Shown here: positions 6,953 to 11,068 of the stretch, piece after piece | Layout of the letters: every line of letters starts with the position of its first letter | How positions within the stretch are numbered: the stretch's first letter is position 1 | Assembly (NCBI GenBank): GCA_002386905.1 | Contig: DGKB01000024.1 | Location: 1 to 11,068, forward strand | Direction of reading: 5' to 3' | Source of the DNA: Akkermansiaceae bacterium UBA4581 | GTDB lineage: Bacteria; Verrucomicrobiota; Verrucomicrobiia; Verrucomicrobiales; Akkermansiaceae | Length of the DNA stretch: 11,068 nucleotides | The notes under the pieces: generated by a model | Databases searched by the model: none | Told to the model about the DNA's origin: nothing | What the model saw: only the letters and a program-made list of their open reading frames with translations | Program-made: the position numbers and the translations under genes

Positions 6953-7686
6953 TTCTTTTTAAATTTAATAGGTTGCTCTGTCCCTGCAATAAGTCTAGAT
7001 ATATTACTACGATGCCTCCAGACAGCGAGAAAAGCTAAAATAATAGATAGTACAAATAAAGGCTTATTCCATGTTCCATCATCCCATCTATCATGCAATC
7101 TAGCTCCGACATGGGTCATAATAGGAAGAAACACAGCAGCTACAATACTCGCCAAAGAAATATAGCGACTGATGAGTAAAGTAACAATCCAAATAACTAG
7201 TATACAAGCAACGCCAACAGGCATAAGAGCTAATAGTACGCCAAATGAAGTAGCGATACCCTTGCCACCTTTAAATTTAAGCCAAATAGAGTAGTTGTGC
7301 CCAAGAATCGTAAGCAAACCAATCATAATAGGGATGAGTTGAGCCCACCAAGCATCTGCTTCTGTAACGATAAACGGAGCCGTAATGAGCTCCTGCGGTA
7401 AGCTTAGAGGGACGGGGTCGCGCCCCTCAATAACCCAGAGTTGCTTAGCTAGGTAAGTAGGAATCCAGCCCTTTAAGCAATCAAGAAAAAAGCAAAGGAA
7501 TCCAAATTTCTTGCCTAAATTGCGCCCAACATTAGTTGCGCCTATGTTTTTTGAACCAAGTTCTCTAATATCAATACCTTTAGATTTACCAATGAGTAAG
7601 CCAAAAGGTGTGGAGCCTATAATAAAAGCTCCAATAAAAAAAATAATAACCGTTATAATTTCAGAAGTAGAAATATCCATGAGCAT
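6949..7686 (-). CDS. plsY: glycerol-3-phosphate acyltransferase PlsY (acyl-phosphate dependent), long form (245 aa)
   Basis: The N-terminus IGSTPFGLLIGK...DIRELGSKNIGATNVGRNLGKKFG matches the PlsY motif GSIPFG...GSGNxGATN. Further on, HNYSIWLKFKGGKGIATSFG matches the FKGGKGVAT motif. There are multiple transmembrane helices. A ~35-aa hydrophilic insertion (WVIEGRDPVPLSLPQELITAPFIVTEADAWW) sits after the second motif block. Confidence 0.85.
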   Translation of the reverse strand: MLMDISTSEIITVIIFFIGAFIIGSTPFGLLIGKSKGIDIRELGSKNIGATNVGRNLGKKFGFLCFFLDCLKGWIPTYLAKQLWVIEGRDPVPLSLPQELITAPFIVTEADAWWAQLIPIMIGLLTILGHNYSIWLKFKGGKGIATSFGVLLALMPVGVACILVIWIVTLLISRYISLASIVAAVFLPIMTHVGARLHDRWDDGTWNKPLFVLSIILAFLAVWRHRSNISRLIAGTEQPIKFKKK

Positions 7687-7700
7687 ATAAAGTGCTAAGC

Positions 7701-8333
7701 TTATAGCTCAATTTCTTCTAAAGTTTCCAAGGTTTCGTCTTTGATTTCCTCCTCTGGCTTTTCGTTGGCTTCGCTTTCTACTTTTTCAGTTTCAGAAAGC
7801 AGCTCAATTGTCTTATTACTATTAATAAGATCTCCAGCCCCATCACCTTCAAAGGTTAAATTGATTTTAGATTCCCATTTCTCACCTTGATTATTGGCAC
7901 TTAAGGTTTTCTCAATAGACATAAGTATAAGTTCGACTAATTGCTTGAGAGTAATATCAATATCTTGAACGGCCTCCTTAGATGGCATAATAAGCTTAAT
8001 ATTTAAATCATCAGCCTCATCAATAAAAGCTTCTATTTCGACACCACAAAGCGCGATTAAGTTAGCCTCACTTACCTGATAAAGTTGAGGTTGATTGGTA
8101 TCAATCGCAAAAGGAATAGCAACAGCTTCAATTAAAGCTTCTGGCACTCTTCCGCTAATGGCGATAGGGCGCTCCATAATAGCAACAGGTAGAGGCTCTC
8201 CATCTTGTTGCAAATTACTTGCGGTGCCAGTATCAACTAAAGTTAGAGGGCTGAATATACGAGCAAGTTCAATAGTGCTAGCTGAGCATAAGCAGCCAAA
8301 AGCGAGCAGAGAAAGTATAGGTTTTAACATCAT
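7701..8333 (-). CDS. hypothetical secreted protein with acidic C-terminal tail (210 aa)
   Basis: N-terminal signal peptide MMLKPILSLLAFGCLCSAS. The C-terminal ~45 aa are very acidic (SETEKVESEANEKPEEEIKDETLETLEEIEL). The ATG overlaps the folA stop as TAATG, a 1-nt overlap. The plsY start lies 14 bp downstream. Confidence 0.5.
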   Translation of the reverse strand: MMLKPILSLLAFGCLCSASTIELARIFSPLTLVDTGTASNLQQDGEPLPVAIMERPIAISGRVPEALIEAVAIPFAIDTNQPQLYQVSEANLIALCGVEIEAFIDEADDLNIKLIMPSKEAVQDIDITLKQLVELILMSIEKTLSANNQGEKWESKINLTFEGDGAGDLINSNKTIELLSETEKVESEANEKPEEEIKDETLETLEEIEL

Positions 8334-8812
8334 TATTTTGAATAATAGTAAACAGTGAAATCAGCAAAATCTTCAACTAATTTTTTATGAGAAAAAGACG
8401 CCTCAAATTCAGGGAATCGAGTATCCCCAGGATGATTTTCTTTTACCAATGAAACATAGAGCCCGTCAAGCTGTTCGAGTAGATTTGTGTAGATTTGAGC
8501 ACCTCCAATAATAAAAATAGGTTTTTGAGTATCTAAATCAAATTTATGAAGTTCATCTAAATGGGTAATAGTGACGCTGTTTTCATCACCAATCCAATGA
8601 GTATCACGAGTAAGTACAATATTAGTCCTCTTAGGTAATGATCTACCAATAGAATCAAAAGTTTTACGCCCCATAAGGATAGGGTGATTAAGTGTAGTAT
8701 GTTTGAAAAAAGCTAAATCCTCAGGCAAATGCCAAGGCAAACCACCATCGAGCCCAATAATTCGCTCAGAAGTCATAGCTACAATACCAATAAGAGGTGG
8801 TAAATTTTTCAT
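8333..8812 (-). CDS. folA: dihydrofolate reductase (159 aa)
   Basis: IGLDGGLPWHLPEDLAFFKHTTLNHPILMGRKTFDSIG...RTNIVLTR and FIIGGAQIY are the canonical DHFR motifs. Confidence 0.9.
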   Translation of the reverse strand: MKNLPPLIGIVAMTSERIIGLDGGLPWHLPEDLAFFKHTTLNHPILMGRKTFDSIGRSLPKRTNIVLTRDTHWIGDENSVTITHLDELHKFDLDTQKPIFIIGGAQIYTNLLEQLDGLYVSLVKENHPGDTRFPEFEASFSHKKLVEDFADFTVYYYSK

Positions 8813-8909
8813 AATTAATTTTTATAAAGCTCTATTAATAATGGGCTAAATCATTTTCTACAGAGTAGGAAAGCCAAGCTCAATCGTCAAGCATCATTAA
8901 CGCTCCATT

Positions 8910-8946
8910 AAAAAGAGCTCATCTAGCTAGGCTAGATGAGCTCTTT
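8910..8946 (-). terminator. rho-independent terminator downstream of the SPFH gene
   Basis: 16-bp perfect inverted repeat AAAGAGCTCATCTAGC-tag-GCTAGATGAGCTCTTT at 8912-8946, flanked by an A5 run on the plus strand (a U-run on the minus-strand transcript). It starts 24 nt downstream of the SPFH stop codon at 8970. Flanking A and T tracts make it potentially bidirectional. Confidence 0.6.
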
Positions 8947-8969
8947 AAATTCTATTCTAACAGTAATAG

Positions 8970-9878
8970 TTACTTAGTGACATCACCAAGATTAATCATA
9001 GGTACAGCGCCTTCACCAAGCATAACGTTTGGCACAGAACCATTCCACTTTTCTACAGAGCGTAATTTAATGACTTCTGAGTTGTTACGTAGAGCTTCAC
9101 CTTCGATAGTGATAGCTTCGGCACGTGCTTTTGCCTCGGCTGTGATTTCGTAAGCCTTGGCGTCTGCAAGAGCGATACGTTTCTCAGCTTCTTGAATAGC
9201 TGCATTTTTCTCTGCTTTTGCTTGAGCAATTTTTTGTTGTTGCTCAGTTTCAAAACGGCGAAGCTCAGCTTCCTGCTGATCAGCTAACTGATCTTGGCGC
9301 TTTTTGTTTTCAACACCTTCACTAATAGTACGAGGTAATTCTACTTTTCTAATCAAAACAGCCTCAATCATGATACCTTTGCTTGAAAGTGGAATAAGAC
9401 CTTCTCTAATGCTAAGTTGCATGTTTTTCTGAGTTTCATCATTATAGAATTGTTCTGCTTTCGTCACTTTTTTACCTGCTTCTCTTAGTAAAGAGCGCAG
9501 TGTAGGCATGAGGTAAACAGTCTCTAATTTACCAATCTCACCTGTATCACGTGAAGCTTCAGCTGCTTGAGTTGAATCAACACGCCATTGAACAGTGATA
9601 TCAACGCTAGTGATAAGCTGATCTTGTGAAGGCACACCTACATTAGTAAGAGTGATTTCACGGTTTTGGCAGTTATAAAGAGTAACTTTTTTAAGTGGAT
9701 TAATGATGTGAAAACCCTCTGGGAGCTCTTTATCATCTACTTTACCGAACAAAGAAACTACACCGACATGACCAGTTTTAATAATGGCAAATGGACGTAA
9801 AAAAAGCAGTAAAATAATAACTACAAATATGACAACAGGTACGATAGGATTGACTTTTAATTGAGCGGGTGCGTTCAT
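8970..9878 (-). CDS. SPFH/band-7 (stomatin/prohibitin/HflC-like) membrane protein (302 aa)
   Basis: N-terminal transmembrane helix (PIVPVVIFVVIILLLFL) followed by GHVGVVSLFGKV (the band-7 entry motif). Long Ala/Glu/Lys-rich coiled-coil C-terminus (ADQQEAELRRFETEQQQKIAQAKAEKNAAIQEAEKR...) typical of HflK/C and prohibitins. No partner NfeD or second SPFH gene in the window. Confidence 0.85.
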   Translation of the reverse strand: MNAPAQLKVNPIVPVVIFVVIILLLFLRPFAIIKTGHVGVVSLFGKVDDKELPEGFHIINPLKKVTLYNCQNREITLTNVGVPSQDQLITSVDITVQWRVDSTQAAEASRDTGEIGKLETVYLMPTLRSLLREAGKKVTKAEQFYNDETQKNMQLSIREGLIPLSSKGIMIEAVLIRKVELPRTISEGVENKKRQDQLADQQEAELRRFETEQQQKIAQAKAEKNAAIQEAEKRIALADAKAYEITAEAKARAEAITIEGEALRNNSEVIKLRSVEKWNGSVPNVMLGEGAVPMINLGDVTK

Positions 9879-9987
9879 TATAAATTATAGGGGTTAATCG
9901 CCAACAGACTAAATAGAGCTACTTAGAAAGCAAGTAGTTTTTATGTTTAATCTTAGACTGTAGATTAAACGGCTTTACTCTTGATTT

Positions 9988-11068
9988 ATGTTTGAGTTTT
10001 TTTATGATTCCGGCATGGATTTAACACAAAGCGCTTACGGAACATGGAGTGGGGGTCGATTTATGCATTTTGGCAAAACTCTCAGCGAAGAAGAATTTAT
10101 CAGCAATCTACGTGGAGCTTACGACAAAGGTGTGCGTACCTTCGTTACTGCCGACGTTTATGGGACTAGACGTGCGGATCAACTATTTGGCCGTGCCTTT
10201 GCAGATATACCCCGTGATAGTTATGCCTTAGTCGGCATGATTGGGCATGATTTTATCAATGGTGAGCGCCAGGGCAGTAAGGGTTACCCTAGGTTTACTG
10301 ACCCAACTCTAAGAGAGAGCAAGGATTACAGCTCATTTTTAGAGGAATCAACTCACAGCTCACTTAAGGACTGTAAGACAGACTATTTTGACCTGCTCAT
10401 GATACACAACCCAGATGAGATTGGATATATGTCAGAAGAAGTCTGGACAGGCATGGACAAACTCAAACAAGCAGGACTAACGCAGAAAGTAGGCATAGCT
10501 CCAGGACCAGCCAACGGTTTTGTGCTGGATATGATACACGTCATTGAAACCTTTGGTGAAATCATCGACTGGTCAATGCTCATCCTTAACCCATTTGAAC
10601 CATGGCCAGCAGGGCTCATCTTGCCCACCGCAGAAAAACATAACGTAGATGTCATCACTCGTGTAGTCGACTACGGAGGACTCTTCCACGGGCAACTCAA
10701 AACAGGTTACAAATTCAAACCAGGAGATCACCGTTCATTTAGACCAGAAGGCTGGATTGACGCAGGCGTAGAAAAACTAACCCAACTCCAACCAATCCTA
10801 GACAAACACAACATCACACCACTACAACTCAGCTGCCTTTGGAACCTCTCACAACCAGCAGTTAAATCAGTGATCCCGACCTACACCCAAGAAGAGTACG
10901 AAGGAGCTAAACCCATCCTAGAGCAAGTCGCAGAAACCATCGATATGCCAAATATCGTCTTTGATGCTGAAGATTTAGCCCTCATCCACAAGCTAGGTGA
11001 CAACACAGGCTGCATGAAACTCAAAGGAGCCAGCCAACGCCACCAAAGTAGCGAACGCCCAGACGAAT
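9988..11068 (+). CDS. aldo/keto reductase family oxidoreductase (3' partial, >360 aa, runs off the window)
   Basis: Hand translation from ATG 9988 gives MFEFFYDSGMDLTQSAYGTWSGG...GVRTFVTADVYGTRRADQLFGRAF...LLMIHNPD...LQLSCLWNLSQPAVKSVIPTYTQ...LGDNTGCMKLKG.... These are the AKR hallmarks: GTW, the xDTAxxYG-like block, IHxPD, and the C-terminal L..L.W. block. No stop codon before the window end. Not in the ORF track because it is incomplete. It is divergent from the SPFH gene. Confidence 0.8.
   Translation, partial: MFEFFYDSGMDLTQSAYGTWSGGRFMHFGKTLSEEEFISNLRGAYDKGVRTFVTADVYGTRRADQLFGRAFADIPRDSYALVGMIGHDFINGERQGSKGYPRFTDPTLRESKDYSSFLEESTHSSLKDCKTDYFDLLMIHNPDEIGYMSEEVWTGMDKLKQAGLTQKVGIAPGPANGFVLDMIHVIETFGEIIDWSMLILNPFEPWPAGLILPTAEKHNVDVITRVVDYGGLFHGQLKTGYKFKPGDHRSFRPEGWIDAGVEKLTQLQPILDKHNITPLQLSCLWNLSQPAVKSVIPTYTQEEYEGAKPILEQVAETIDMPNIVFDAEDLALIHKLGDNTGCMKLKGASQRHQSSERPDE

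Noticed and set aside
9988-11068. Apparent GC-content shift in the aldo/keto reductase gene suggesting horizontal transfer
   Set aside because: A rough hand count gave about 50% GC in one sampled stretch of this gene. One sampled stretch inside gpsA gave a similar value. The low-GC impression elsewhere comes from intergenic and Ile/Lys/Asn-rich segments. Not supportable without a proper sliding-window or codon-usage calculation.
1-11068. Mobile elements, CRISPR arrays, tRNA/rRNA genes, toxin-antitoxin or defence-system signatures
   Set aside because: No direct-repeat/spacer periodicity, no transposase or integrase-like ORF, no tRNA-like cloverleaf-capable conserved boxes, and no paired small ORFs were found on either strand.

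Overview
AT-rich bacterial chromosomal segment in which all but the two edge loci are encoded on the minus strand. None of roughly 13 start codons checked by eye has a recognisable Shine-Dalgarno sequence. Two start codons are TTG. A TAnnTTTG motif, the Bacteroidota-type -7 promoter element, sits upstream of efp. A DUF4197-like gene is also present. Together these suggest a Bacteroidota-like host (inference; no database search was possible). Recognisable genes, left to right: a DUF4197-like protein (5' truncated by the window) and a small putative lipoprotein (+); then on the minus strand a PAS-AraC regulator, an ArsC/Spx/YffB-family thioredoxin-fold protein, an SDR oxidoreductase with a C-terminal membrane anchor, an RluB/RsuA-type pseudouridine synthase, a 51-aa basic protein missing from the ORF track but with its own terminator, an SMP-30/gluconolactonase-like beta-propeller 9 nt downstream of efp, gpsA, plsY, a secreted acidic hypothetical protein translationally coupled to folA, folA, and an SPFH/band-7 protein with a clean terminator; finally an aldo/keto reductase (+) that runs off the 3' edge. 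No tRNA, rRNA, CRISPR array, transposase or integrase is visible. I cannot point to a clear novel multi-gene system. The most unusual signals are a 17-bp exact repeat linking the regulator's translation start to the intergenic region upstream of the small basic gene, the unannotated small gene itself, the folA-secreted protein-plsY-gpsA operon, the efp/beta-propeller pairing, and a ~270-bp non-coding stretch containing an 11-bp perfect inverted repeat.
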